A stretch of 64,000 nt of DNA from Eukaryota sp. TZLM1-RC (taxonomy: Eukaryota > Protista > Metamonada: BaSk clade), in the NCBI GenBank assembly GCA_040285825.1, contig JAUPSS010000007.1, positions 2,826,689 through 2,890,688 of the forward strand, in the 5' to 3' direction. Below are positions 48,565 through 61,398 of this stretch, one piece after another. Each line of letters begins with the position of its first letter. Positions within the stretch are counted from its first letter, which is position 1. The notes beneath the pieces were generated by a model, which was not told the DNA's origin, made no database searches, and saw only the letters and a program-made list of their open reading frames with translations. Position numbers and translations under genes: made by a program.

Positions 48565-48860
48565 TCAAAATGTGTATCTTTCTGGAATAAATAAATAAAT
48601 TGAAGACAGCTTGGCAAAAATGTGACACACCGTAGCAGGTCTAGATTGACATAATGAGCACACATGAGACACTGGTTTTGTTGCATCAGGCATTTTTAAA
48701 TATTCCATGAGGTCAAGATCATCAGGAGTAGGTAATACATTTATGGAAGACTTCATTGTGAACTTAATAAGTTTTGGAGTCAGATCAATCAAGATGGACA
48801 ACCAATTATGTTCACTGTGCAGTAATTGCTCCTGAGCGGAATCGAGTCCGTCTGAGTTCA
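48565..48860 (-). mobile_element. Fragment of a different RLE clade (HERO/NeSL-like zinc-knuckle region)
   Basis: W...DLTPKLIKFTMKSSINVLPTPDDL...CSLCQSRPATVCHI matches the LPTPxNL...CxLC...TxxHI pattern of HERO/NeSL/R2-group elements. Confidence 0.65.
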
Positions 48861-49032
48861 CAAATTGCGAGTTTAATTTGACAACATTCATTGATGATGG
48901 TATTTTACATCCTTTAAATGTATCAATTCTTCTCCAATGTCAATTCTTCAATTTTGATTATATCAATTTTGGAAATAGTTTTTCTTTACAAATTTGAATA
49001 TTTGTCAGTTTATTTCCATTTAAATAAACATA

Positions 49033-49975
49033 AATATTTATTGAACATGCACACTTAATTAAATCAATTCATAACTAATGGGACGAATATCATTGAACCA
49101 AGATTTCCTCTACAAAATCTTGATCTGCTTGCGTCTAGCTAAAGCTTCTCCTATTCGATTGAAAAACCGAATAATCTATTAGATATGGCAAATTGAATCG
49201 GAGAACGCCATAAAAAAATTTCAAATCTTTTCATTGTTTTTTCTTGAACCATTGTTTGGAAGTCATCCAAAAAAGTTTCTGCTTCAACTGATAATCTTCC
49301 ATTTATCTTCCATTTAAATTGAATTCATACCATTGCTCTAAATTGATAACTTATTGTTCTTTATTACATGATGCTGTTAGAGCTACTGTTTTCAATAAGG
49401 CACAAACTGCAAGAATATCGTGTATTAAAGAGCCTCTGTTGAAGGAAACACTGTCATTGAACAATTTTGGTTCTGATGATAGAGGTGTCGTATACTGTGA
49501 TTGAATTGATAACTCTGAAGCTGTTGTTGACTTTGTCTCATGTAATGTTGCAAATGACACTTTGGTTCACGGATGAAAACTTAATCCTGTGAGTGCTCTT
49601 GATTTTAAAGCAAAAGAAAAACATAGAAAATATGACAAAGATATCGAAGCTATAGCTGGTAGAAATTCACCACTAGGTTTATTGCAATCCCCTTTTCAAA
49701 AAACAGAAGACTATCAGTAGAAGCAGAAACTGTTTTGAGTGACTTCCAAAAAATGGTGCAAGAAAAAACAATGAAAAAATTTGATATTTTTTATGGCGTT
49801 CACGGATTCAATTTGCCATTATTCATAGATTACCTCCGTTTTTCAATCGAATAAGAGAAGCTTTAGCTAGACAGCAAGCAGATCAAAATTTTGTAGAGGA
49901 AATCTTGGTTCAATGATATTCGCCCCATTAGTTATGAATCGATTTAATTAAGTGTGCATGTTCGAAAAATATTTA
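49033..49975. mobile_element. Inverted pair of family A 3' ends (49033-49310 minus; 49330-49975 plus)
   Basis: Both carry the A-family stop and 3' UTR pointing outwards, giving about 280 bp of imperfect inverted repeat. Confidence 0.88.
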
Positions 49976-50084
49976 CATTAGTCCGATTTCTGAATCAGTG
50001 GAGGTTTAATTCAGCACAAAAATATTAACTCAACACATTTTTTAACATCAGACACCAAATCCAACGTTCCTAAATGAGTTCTTC

Positions 50085-51044
50085 ATGAGTACCTACGTTG
50101 TTTGCGTGCTGCGTCCACCTCTTTCTGTGCTTCCTGTCATTGTCCCCTCCCCATCATCGTCCTCTCCTCTTATCACCATAGCATCAAAACTTCCACATCA
50201 TGCACATCCTTCTCTTTTCCGAACGATACTACACTATGAACATGCATCAACACATACGGTTATATCTATCACAGATCATTGTACTAAGTACAAAACTTCC
50301 TACACAATGCCCCCGTCAATCCCCCCAACACTGTCATTTCCGTTTCTTCTCAACCCTTTTTTCAACTTGTTTCTCTCCTCAACCAATGATGTTCTACTAC
50401 TACTTGAAGCTAACCCCGTAATCCAGCATCTAACACTACTCGGCTGGGAAGGCTTTGAAGGACTTTTCCTACTGTTCACATCCTTCTTTCGCCATTATTC
50501 TTTTGCTTCACCTCTAACCTTTTCCTTATGTCTGGTTGCTCGTACTTTTGAAATGGATCTTGTTACTCTCTCCCCAACCAAGAAAACTTTAATCGATTAT
50601 GATGTTGGTGAACTTGATGTATCTCAACTGAAGCACAATCTTTTAACCAAAGCTCAAGGTCCTTGCTCGCTCATAATAAAAGTCAAAAGTCAACGGAATT
50701 CTTTTGTATTTTTGAGCTTTTTGAACCATACTTTTGACACTTCTTCCTCTATAGATTCGCGTTGGTTGTCCCAAACTCAATCTTTTGTTCATCAGTTGCT
50801 TGTGAATAAAAATGATAGGACAGCAGCACGAATGAACATGTGCACGCACGTCATTAGTCGTTTGAAGTCACGGGAAGTCTGCATGTTGAGCCCTTTAGTG
50901 GATTATGGAATTTATGAAAGTGAATGCAAAAAATCTTTAAATGTAGGTTCTAGGTATTCTAAATATAAATTTCCTAGTAATTGTCAGTTGGTGGTTAATG
51001 ATGTTAATTCAGGTGATGTTTTTATTTCAAATGTGTCAAGTTGA
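50085..51044 (+). CDS. Uncharacterised protein, probable degenerate kinesin motor-like fold
   Basis: Intact 319-aa ORF; YVVCVLRPP at the start and ESECKKSLNVGSR near the end are colinear with kinesin motor boundaries; no P-loop. Confidence 0.5.
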   Translation: MSTYVVCVLRPPLSVLPVIVPSPSSSSPLITIASKLPHHAHPSLFRTILHYEHASTHTVISITDHCTKYKTSYTMPPSIPPTLSFPFLLNPFFNLFLSSTNDVLLLLEANPVIQHLTLLGWEGFEGLFLLFTSFFRHYSFASPLTFSLCLVARTFEMDLVTLSPTKKTLIDYDVGELDVSQLKHNLLTKAQGPCSLIIKVKSQRNSFVFLSFLNHTFDTSSSIDSRWLSQTQSFVHQLLVNKNDRTAARMNMCTHVISRLKSREVCMLSPLVDYGIYESECKKSLNVGSRYSKYKFPSNCQLVVNDVNSGDVFISNVSS

Positions 51045-51429
51045 TTTTATTTTAATGTATTTATTGTTTTTTGTAATTAATGGAACACTTCTTTGTATCT
51101 ATACGTCGAGAATAAACTCGTTATTCATTCTTTTTCTACTGCATTCATCTGAAACAGTTTTTCAGAAGCACTTTTGATTTTGTTTATGTCTAATTACCAG
51201 TTGTTGCTACTTCAATAACAACAATATTTTCAAGTTTGTGATTGAGTTCCCTCACAAATTTGTTTCAATCTTATTGAAGGTAGTGTCTTCTTGTGGTTAA
51301 ACTTCATCAATCATTGACAAATTGTAATAACAGCCACTGTTTATTGAACAAAAAGTTGCACAAATTCTGTTTGTGAATCCCAACAGGGGAAAAATTGTAA
51401 CTAATAGAGCGAATAATAGCTAAAAACAA

Positions 51430-51919
51430 TTAAGCGACGAGTTGAGCAGCTGTAGCAGACCTATACTTCCAATTGGGAGGAAGTTGACGGGCTCCCTTGT
51501 AATAACGGACTAAACGATGAATTCTGGATTCGATAAGAATGAGTCTGAACTTGGAGTCCTTGTCCTTGCGGTTCTTTTCTAAATGCTTACGGACGGATAC
51601 GGCCTTCTTGATCATATGATAGAGATCTTCAGGGATTTCGGGAGCGAGACCGTTCATCTTGAGGATACGGAGAATCTTACTACCAGTGATGGAGTTGACT
51701 TGACCAACACCGTGGGAATCACGGAGAATCAAACCGATCTGTGATGGGGTGACACCCTTCTTGGCGAGCTTACAGATTTCCTTGACGAGGTCATGGGGGG
51801 AAACCTTGAGCCAAGAAGGAGGAGTCTTACGGTATGGGATGGTGGATCCAGAGATACCTTTGCCTGACGTTAATAGGATGTCTTGCGGAAGACATACCGA
51901 AAGAGTGAAGACGGACCAT
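51430..51919 (-). CDS. RPS13: 40S ribosomal protein S13 (uS15); join(51919..51898,51863..51430)
   Basis: MVRLHSFG|[10 protein letters not shown]...[14 protein letters not shown]...[41 protein letters not shown]. Confidence 0.97.
51864..51897 (-). other. 34-nt intron (RPS13)
   Basis: GTATGT...TTAACGTCAG; restores the conserved N-terminus. Confidence 0.93.
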
Positions 51920-52255
51920 TAAGGACAAAAAAGAAAGGGAATTCCAACATTTGTCTAAAACAATAGCAATTATTCATTCTCTGTAGTTGTGGAACAATTG
52001 AACTATTCAAAATTGAACACTGATATGACGAGTAAACAGTATGTAGAACACCTGGTTCGTATATGAATTTACAATTTGTTAGTATATTACAATACATTTA
52101 AAATGACCACCACCACTACATGCCTCTCCATTCAGAAAGAGTGAGTGTACAATTAACTTCCAGTTTGAATACCAATATATATCTACGATGTAAACATTTG
52201 ATGTATGAAAAAAAAATTCACAAGTCAATCCGCGCTCTGTAATCAACTTTATGAT

Positions 52256-53563
52256 ATGCGTCGCTATAAGATTCTGAAACAGCTAGGCGATGGATCTTTC
52301 GGATGTGTACTGAAGGGTGTAAATAATCAAACTGGCGAGGTTGTTGCCATCAAACGTATGAAAACCAAGTTCTTCTCTTGGGCTGAATGTACCAATCTTC
52401 GAGAGGTTAAATCTCTCATGAAACTTAACCATCCAAACATCATTACCCTCAAAGAAGTCATCCGTCAAAACGATGAACTTTATCTTATTTTTCAATACAT
52501 GGAGCTCAATCTTTATCAACTTCTTCGTAACAGGGACAAACCTTTTCCCGAGAGCAAAATACGGAATATCATGTACCAGGTGCTGCAGGGCCTCGCTCAC
52601 TGCCACAAACATGGTTTTTTTCACAGAGACATGAAGCCTGAAAACCTTCTTGTCAGCAAGGATACTGTGAAACTTGCCGACTTTGGACTAGCCAGAGAAA
52701 TCCGATCAAGACCTCCCTATACCGAATATGTTTCCACTAGATGGTATAGAGCACCCGAAGTCCTGCTCAGATCCATGTCGTACAACTCTCCTTTGGATAT
52801 TTGGGCATGTGGCCCTATCATGGCAGAACTTTACCTTTTACGACCACTGTTTCCAGGTACCTCGGAGGTGGATCAAATTTACAAGATCTGTTCGGTTCTG
52901 GGTGTTCCCACTGCTTCTACTTGGCCAGAAGGATTACGACTGGCTTCAGCGATGAATTTCAAGTTTCCATCTATAAAGGCCACTCCACTGTCTTCCATCA
53001 TCAGTAATGCATCTCCAGAAGCACTCCAGCTGATGAATGATCTTATGCATTATGATCCTCAGAAAAGACCTACAGCCGCCCAGGCTCTGCAGTATCCTTA
53101 TTTTCAGGGAGAAGTTTCAATATCTCGTCCTCTTCGCACCCCACCTCCTGTTGCTCCACCCACATTGACGTCTAATCTCTTTGGTAGTGCGGATCCGCAA
53201 CCTGAACCAGTTGCTGAAGAAGAGAGTCAAAACCTACCACAGATCAATTATCCACCTGCTTCTCCGGCCTCTTTCTCCCCACCCTCGTCCCGCGTGTCAA
53301 GAGCTCCTTCTTCTGATTTCTCCCGTCTGCCGTTTCTTGCTCCCTCAATGGACAACAGGTTTGTCAGTCGAGGAGAAGAACGCCCTCGGCCTTCGAATAG
53401 TCAACGAACTGATGTTTTAAGAGAATTATCAAGTCAAAGTAGTACACATAATGATAGAATTCAACGAAATTTATCCATAATATCACAAGCCAGATATCGA
53501 CCTGGTGTATCTGTGCCAGACAGAAAACAAAAATTCTTTCCTAAAAACATGCTTGTTACATAA
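52256..53563 (+). CDS. MAK: MAK/ICK (RCK family) Ser/Thr kinase
   Basis: [31 protein letters not shown] and [27 protein letters not shown]. Confidence 0.93.
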   Translation: MRRYKILKQLGDGSFGCVLKGVNNQTGEVVAIKRMKTKFFSWAECTNLREVKSLMKLNHPNIITLKEVIRQNDELYLIFQYMELNLYQLLRNRDKPFPESKIRNIMYQVLQGLAHCHKHGFFHRDMKPENLLVSKDTVKLADFGLAREIRSRPPYTEYVSTRWYRAPEVLLRSMSYNSPLDIWACGPIMAELYLLRPLFPGTSEVDQIYKICSVLGVPTASTWPEGLRLASAMNFKFPSIKATPLSSIISNASPEALQLMNDLMHYDPQKRPTAAQALQYPYFQGEVSISRPLRTPPPVAPPTLTSNLFGSADPQPEPVAEEESQNLPQINYPPASPASFSPPSSRVSRAPSSDFSRLPFLAPSMDNRFVSRGEERPRPSNSQRTDVLRELSSQSSTHNDRIQRNLSIISQARYRPGVSVPDRKQKFFPKNMLVT

Positions 53564-53575
53564 CTTTATTTTTAT

Positions 53576-54559
<984 letters not shown>

Positions 54560-54647
54560 TAAATCACAATGACTTTATTTACAAGTATAACTTTCACATA
54601 AAAGGAAACAGCAATTCATCAAGAATGAAAATAATATTGGCAATGGT

Positions 54648-54995
54648 TTATATACTGCGTAATCTTTGCTCTAAATGTAATGTGTACTGATCCAAGAGTC
54701 TAATTACCTTTTCCAATTCAATGGTTCGTTGATCAATTTCGTCAATTTCCTGTAAAAGTGGTAAACATTCCTCGTCTATAATAAGTCAATGTGGGAACAA
54801 ACATTTGTTGCGAAGATGTGAAACAGAAGAAGTTAAGTCATCACAAGTTTGTAGCATTTCTGAAGTGTGTTTTATGGCTGCATTATTGACCTTTTCAACA
54901 AGTTTGAATCCTGATGTAGAACAGTCTATGTCTTTGGAGATACCAACAGATACGTCCTGTAGGAGCTTTTCTGCGAGGTTTGAAGTGGCTGTCAT
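54648..54995 (-). CDS. BLOC1S2: BLOC-1 subunit 2 (BLOS2)-like; join(54995..54803,54775..54648)
   Basis: Spliced product ...FKLVEKVNNAA...LRNKY|EECLPLLQEIDEIDQRTIELEKVIRLLDQYTLHLEQR matches the BLOS2 pattern. Confidence 0.8.
54776..54802 (-). other. 27-nt intron (BLOS2)
   Basis: GTTTGT...CTTATTATAG; contains an in-frame TGA. Confidence 0.85.
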
Positions 54996-55066
54996 AGAAT
55001 TTACTAAATGAAAACCTAACACAAGATTTCATTCCACTTGGACTTCACCTGTATATTCCACTCAAC

Positions 55067-56362
55067 ATGATCAAGGTTAATCTTAAACAAATGGGAAAGC
55101 CCCAGCTTACGGTAGAGACAGACCCTACCGTCACAGTGCGTCAATTTAAGGAAAATATTGCCTCTCAGCTTAATGAGACCGATCCATCCCGTATCCGTCT
55201 GATCTTTGTTGGACGTGTCCTCAAGGACGATCAGACACTTTCTGATTCTGGAATCAAAGAAGATTGTGCTGTCCATGTTGTCCGATCCTCACAGCCTTCA
55301 CAAGCACCTCCACCACAGACTCCTGCTACACAACCCGCCGGTACTCCTGCCCAACCCCAAGCTCCCCCACGTGAACGTGCCCCTCCATCCATGCCCTTCG
55401 CCATGCCAGGACTTGACCAACTTACACAACAAATGACCTCCAACCCTGAGCTCATGCAACAAATGATGAACTCTCCCATGATGGAAAGTTTAATGAACAA
55501 CCCTGAAATGATGCAACAAATGATGGAAAACAATCCAATGTTCCGTCAACTGTCTGAGCAAAACCCCGAAATCGCCTCAGTTCTACGGGATCCTGATACA
55601 ATGCGCCAAGCTATGGAAATGATGAGAAATCCATCTGCTTTTAGAGAAACCATGGCTAACCAGGAACGAACCATGTCAATGCTGTCGCATATGCCTGGTG
55701 GTGAACGTGCTATTCGTGATGCTTATGAATCCATTGAAGGTTTGGGTTCGGGAATGGCTCCACAAGCTCCCAGACCTTCCGAGACTGCTGCTGAAACACC
55801 TGCTCAACCCCAGCAACAAGAGTTTCCCAGTTTGGAAACACCTGGGGGTCAACAATCACGTGGCGATCAACAACGTGGTGGCTTTGACGCTTCATCGATG
55901 CAATCAATGTTTCAATCACCTGCTGTTCAGCATATGATGTCACAAATGGCTGGCAATCCTGAACAATTACAGCAAATGATGTCTCAGAATCCTTTCTTGG
56001 CCGGATCTGGTGTGGATCCTTCAATGATGGGGCAAATGTTCTCTAATCCTGCGGTTATGGCCGAACTTCAAAATCCAGATACAATTGCTGCATTAATGAG
56101 GCTTCAAAATGCAATGAGTCAAGGTCAACAATCTGGACAACAGCCTCCCTCTCAAGCTCCCTCTCACGGTGTTCCACAGGTGCCCCAGCAACCTCAGTTA
56201 ACAGTTGATCAAATGTTAGAGCAGTACAAGCCTCAACTGGACCAGATGGCTGAAATGGGAATGTGTTCTTCAGATGAAGAAAGAAGGAGATGTGCCGAGT
56301 TGTTACACCAGTGTGGTGGTAGTTTGAATATGGCAATTGAGAGGTATTATTCATCAATGTAG
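55067..56362 (+). CDS. UBQLN: Ubiquilin/Dsk2 (UBL, STI1 repeats, UBA)
   Basis: RLIFVGRVLKDDQTL UBL, NPELMQQMM repeats, and YKPQLDQMAEMG...GGSLNMAIER UBA. Confidence 0.93.
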   Translation: MIKVNLKQMGKPQLTVETDPTVTVRQFKENIASQLNETDPSRIRLIFVGRVLKDDQTLSDSGIKEDCAVHVVRSSQPSQAPPPQTPATQPAGTPAQPQAPPRERAPPSMPFAMPGLDQLTQQMTSNPELMQQMMNSPMMESLMNNPEMMQQMMENNPMFRQLSEQNPEIASVLRDPDTMRQAMEMMRNPSAFRETMANQERTMSMLSHMPGGERAIRDAYESIEGLGSGMAPQAPRPSETAAETPAQPQQQEFPSLETPGGQQSRGDQQRGGFDASSMQSMFQSPAVQHMMSQMAGNPEQLQQMMSQNPFLAGSGVDPSMMGQMFSNPAVMAELQNPDTIAALMRLQNAMSQGQQSGQQPPSQAPSHGVPQVPQQPQLTVDQMLEQYKPQLDQMAEMGMCSSDEERRRCAELLHQCGGSLNMAIERYYSSM

Positions 56363-57614
56363 AGGTGGTTATTTGAATTGAATAGTTAATAAATAGATTT
56401 TGCGATTGAGCTATGATTTTTGTGATTGTATCTTTTACAACAATATAGCTATTGTAAAACTATTGTTATTGGGTTGCAAATATAAAATAATAATTAATTT
56501 AATAATATAGTTAAATTTAGAAAAAAAGTTGTAATTTATTTTTTAAGAACAAGTATTCTCAACAGCAATCAAATTTAACTTGATTTATTTAATATCAATT
56601 ATATATAGAATTCCACCCCATAAATGCCTGAGCAAACATTGCAGAAGATCAACAATAGGTATATCGTGCTCTGTTGTTTGATAACGTAGAAAAATACGAT
56701 CACCATGACTGATGATTACAAATTGTGGGTCAATTGTTTTTGTTTTTGTTAATAGAGAGTTTTTTATCTTAAACCTTCCAAAAATCATTGACAGGCAGTT
56801 TTCCCTTTGGTAATACTGTCTACGAGATGACAAAGCAGAGGATAACAAGTGAACAGAATCTTTAAAAATTGAACAGATAATTGCTACTTTTGCTACTGTT
56901 TTTTTTTGGATTTTGTTTTCAAAATTGTGAAGCAGATTGTTTATCCAAATAAAGAAATTCAGCTGGATGCAGATCAACCAATTGATCAGTAACAGGAGCA
57001 AGATCAGAAGAGAACAGAGCGTTTTTCCCAGCGTTTTCGTACAATCTTATTCTTAGGTTGTTTTTGTGTTTTTGCTACTGTTTCCACTTCTATCGCCTAA
57101 AAAATTTAGACCTCTCTTCTAGTTTGTTCCTGTTGTCTTTTCTCTTTGAGGATTTCTCCTTGACTTTGATGTCAATAGAACTGTTGATGGTCTTTGCTCG
57201 TTAGATTGCGACATACTATGTAAATGTAATGAAATCTATTACGAAGAGGAACTGCATTCTCTCTTCTTAAACTAATAGGCGGAATACTAATTAACTAACT
57301 TAATAACTATAAATACTATTCAAGACTAACACTGTCTATCAAAATTTATGTTAGTCCTTCTCTCAACAATTTGTTCAACTTCTCTCAGAATACATAAGGC
57401 GGGCAATGCGAACACAATGTATTTTCAAATCACCAAAAATCTCTTTCCTCAAGCACCCCAACTATTGTCAAAAACATACCTACAGCCTTTTCTTTTAGAA
57501 TGTTTCCTTGTGAAAACAACCAACTAGAAATAGGGATGTATAGTCTCTTGAAAATAATAAACAACGATTCTATTTCCTTTGCTGCTTGGCATCGATTTAT
57601 TTCAAAAACTATTG

Positions 57615-57775
57615 TATTGTGTATTTTTAATAGATTACCTCGGTTTTTCAATCGAATTACAGAAGCTTTAGCTAGACAGCAAGCAAATCAAGATTTTGTA
57701 GATGAAAAGTTGGTTCAATGCTTTTCGTCCCATTAGTGATGAATTAATTTTATTAAGTGTACATGTTCAATGCAT
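57615..57775 (+). mobile_element. Short family A 3' insertion
   Basis: NRLPRFFNR...QDFV plus 3' UTR; flanked by atttatttcaaaaacta(ttg) at 57595-57614 and 57776-57792. Confidence 0.85.
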
Positions 57776-57792
57776 ATTTATTTCAAAAACTA

Positions 57793-59015
57793 CCTTAGTC
57801 CACATTATGGTGGTTTAGGGTGGACGAAGGCTTCTATTCTTACCTCGTGTGCTTTTGTTGGTGGATGCAGAAATGCAATCTTTGAGTTTTCCGAAAGATT
57901 TGCAGATTGGGAAGATTTATTGATGACAACGCAAAGTTCCACTGTTTTTGCATTAAATGAAGAAATTTCAAGAATTGATGTAGAAAAATGGGATCGATGT
58001 TTTCCCCAATCATTCAATGGCAATATTCCAGAAAAAAATGTTTTAAATTTGAAGTACACTCTTCGAACATTACAGAAAAGATTGACTGGAATGTATGAAA
58101 AAGATCTTTATAATAATATTTGCAGCTCGGCTGTTTTAAATCAAGATCTTCGCTCATTGTTATTGGAAAAGGGTGTTTGTGAAAACAAGGCGTCAGATTC
58201 TTCACTTTTTGTAACCATTGTACCACGAAGATTTGGATTGTGTGCCACTAATGAAGCATTTGTAACAAAAATGAGATTATATTTGAACATCCCCATTAAC
58301 CAATTATTATCAAAAGAAAAATGTATTTGTTCGAATTCACCTCAACTCACTTTGCGCCATGCTCTAAATTGCTCTAAATTGATAACTTATCGTTCTTCAT
58401 TACATGATGCTGTTAGAGACACTGTTTTCAATATGGCACAAACTGCAAGGATATCGTGTATCAAAGAGCCCCTGCTGAAGGAAACACTTTCTCTGAATAA
58501 TTTTGGTTCTGATGATAGAGGTGATGTATACTGTGATTGGATTGATAATTCTGAAGCTATTGTTGACTTTGTCTCATGTAATGTTGCAAACGATACTTTG
58601 GTTCACAGAAGAAAACTTAATCCTGTGGCTGCTCTGGATTTTAAAGCAAAAGAAAAACATAGAAAATATGATAAAGAAATTGAAGATGCAAATGTCGATA
58701 GAAATACACAGCTGGTTTTTATTGCTTTCCCATTTTCGATAAATGGAAGATTATCAGTTGAAGCAGAAACTTTTTTGGATGACTTCCAAAAAATGGTGAA
58801 AGAAAAAACAATGAAAAGATTTGATATTTTTTTATGGCGTTCACGGATTCAATTTGCCATTATTAATAGATTACCGCGGTTTTTCAATCGAATTAGAGAA
58901 GCTTTAGCTAGACAGCAAGCAAATCAAGATTTTGTAGAGGAAAACTTGGTTTAATGATAGTCGTCCCATTAGTTATGATTTAATTTAATCAAGTGTGCAA
59001 ATTCAATAAATATGA
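57793..59015 (+). mobile_element. Young 5'-truncated family A copy with an uninterrupted ORF
   Basis: About 385 open codons, near-identical to 19170-20390; TSD aaaaacta at 57785-57792 and 59016-59023. Confidence 0.95.
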
Positions 59016-59429
59016 AAAAACTATTGCTAAGCTATGTTTAAATTTGTCAACACAATTCCTCAAGTTTTCCAACGTTCTAGTTGCTTTTTCCAATTTACAT
59101 TAACATGCAAACAAAGTTTGTTCCTCACATACAAAAGGCAGCTTGTCAAAGAATGGAAGGTTTAGTGAAGTTAGTTCCAACAAAATTTGATGACCCAAAC
59201 ACATGGTTTCGAATTAGTTCAAACTTGACATCAGACACAGACGCAAAAAATGTTGTTCTTAAAGAATTATGTGAGCAAGCAAAGTTCGTGTGAGTTGGTG
59301 AAGTGGTTCCTTAAATTAGTGATATTTTATTGTACTTGTCAATGTCATGTCTCTGTCAACATCATGCCCTTCTCAACATCAGGTTTCCTCACATATTTTT
59401 CCTTGTTAACTGTTGCTGATTGTTAGCAA

Positions 59430-60197
59430 ATGTCATCTGCAATCCGAGTCATTTTAGATAAACTCCACCAGCTAAGAACTGTTGACGGTGTCTCTCTTGT
59501 ACATTTGCGTCCTTTTCTTCCATCCGCTGAAGCGTTGTCCGACCAAGTCCCCCGTTGTACACAAGAACACATTCGAAAGCAACAGCAGATTCATCCTCAT
59601 ACTGGTAATGACAATTTCGATCAGTCTTTCCTCAACTTTCTGAATGCTGATGTCTCAGATCAAATAACATCCCTGTCCTCTTGGTTATATGTGTCACGTA
59701 AGCTGCATCCACTGCTGAGTAGCTTCTTCCTGCTCACAGCAGATAGTATGTTCAACTTGCCAGAAATTCCCTGTTCATTAGCTTTTTCCCTCATTGATAC
59801 ACTACCCTTCTGTGATTTAGATAACCTCCGTTTGTTTTTGCCATTTTTAAAACATCAGTACCGTGACTTTGGCTCACAGTACACTCTTGGATTTACTCAG
59901 ATGAACATTACTTTCCGCGACGGCATTTGTGTGGTGGACATGGGGTCTTTCGACTACCCCAAACAGTCCATCATTTCACGTTGTTGGGCTCTACTGCTGG
60001 TCTTTTTGTCTCATCAAAAAAGGTCTATACGGTCTTTGCTCATCCTTCCCAAACATGATCCAAATAAGAAACACTCAATGGCCAATTTCAACTTGACCGA
60101 ACTAACTTTAAGTAAGATTTGGGCTGATTTGAGTCGTTCTTTGGATCCAGTAACAAGGTTTATTAATCACCAGTATTCATCTAGATCATTAAGGTGA
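59430..60197 (+). CDS. Hypothetical protein
   Basis: 255-aa ORF with gene-like composition and a downstream AATAAA; no family recognised. An upstream exon from ATG 59347 is possible but has non-consensus splice signals. Confidence 0.65.
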   Translation: MSSAIRVILDKLHQLRTVDGVSLVHLRPFLPSAEALSDQVPRCTQEHIRKQQQIHPHTGNDNFDQSFLNFLNADVSDQITSLSSWLYVSRKLHPLLSSFFLLTADSMFNLPEIPCSLAFSLIDTLPFCDLDNLRLFLPFLKHQYRDFGSQYTLGFTQMNITFRDGICVVDMGSFDYPKQSIISRCWALLLVFLSHQKRSIRSLLILPKHDPNKKHSMANFNLTELTLSKIWADLSRSLDPVTRFINHQYSSRSLR

Positions 60198-61398
60198 AGG
60201 GAGTTGTCTATCGTTTCAGATGTGAGTGTGATAAATCGTTTTGTAAATAAAGAAATTTTGCTCTTTTTTTTTAATATTTTTTTTGTCGTTTTTCAATCAG
60301 TTTGTGGTGAATGTTGAAATATGTTCAATTGAATGGAGTTTTTAGCAAATAGCATTCATGACAATCAACTCATTGGACACTAACTTGGACTCTAACTAAC
60401 ACAAGTGAATGATCTGATGATCATATGTTATCTACCAACATCAAGAGTTTGCTGTATTTGATTTAAGTTTCAATAGCCACCTTCAATTAGAATAAAGTAG
60501 CGGTACTGATTTTTTGTACATCAACAAACATTGATTCAAAAGTTCCATAGAATCAAGTTAAGCTATTGTATAATATCATTTTCATCACTTCATCACATCA
60601 TTTTAGTTATATATTGTCGTTAAAGGGAGGAGACAGCGGTTGAAGAGACAGTGTGATAGTTGCATAACCAACATATTTTTGAACTTCTGGAGTAATCCAC
60701 CGTGTTTGAGAAAATGTTCAACCTGAAAAGATTTAAACAAGAAAATGTTTGAACATTCTGCAAAAAGTGGCAATTGGTAACACATGCATTGTTGAACCCT
60801 GGGGTATTTAAAATTACGAGGACAAATATAATTATTGAAATTTCTATTCGACAGCTTCAGTGTGTTCATCAATATTTTTGCAAGCACATTTCCACCCGTG
60901 TAGAAATTAGTTTTCCTCATTGGTTTTGAATTTGCTCAAATGCATCTATAATCCACTGTCCAATTTTTGATTGACGGTAGTGACCAATGAATTCCACCTA
61001 GCATTTCCTACGTTGTGTTATCATCACCTAGTAATAATTTCAGTGAAGAATTCCCCAAATTTGTCACCCATTGTTAAAGGATGCAATTCAGAGAAGTGTA
61101 AAATGCACAATAGATCGGGTGCGCTTGTAACAGGTTTACAATAGTCAACTAGACTAACTCCACGTTTCTTTGGTGGTTCAGAAGGAGGAAGGTTTAAAAA
61201 TGATAGTGTGTCGTAATAGAAAGGAGTTTTATTGTTCAATTAAACTTATATATATGGTGTTATGAGTCAACTTTATTCCCATTTTTAGTGTCCAACACAC
61301 TCAGCCAACCAAGTTGATACTCTTTTTTCTGACCAAAGTTACCTCAGCTTCATACAACAGAAAAGATGTTTATTAATGAAAAAGCACGAAATTGAAAG

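Noticed and set aside
60300-61240. Fragmentary minus-strand ORFs (also 40321-40721, 23466-23798 and 56585-57001)
   Set aside because: They are broken, AT-rich and unassignable, probably decayed genes or elements, and no product can be supported.
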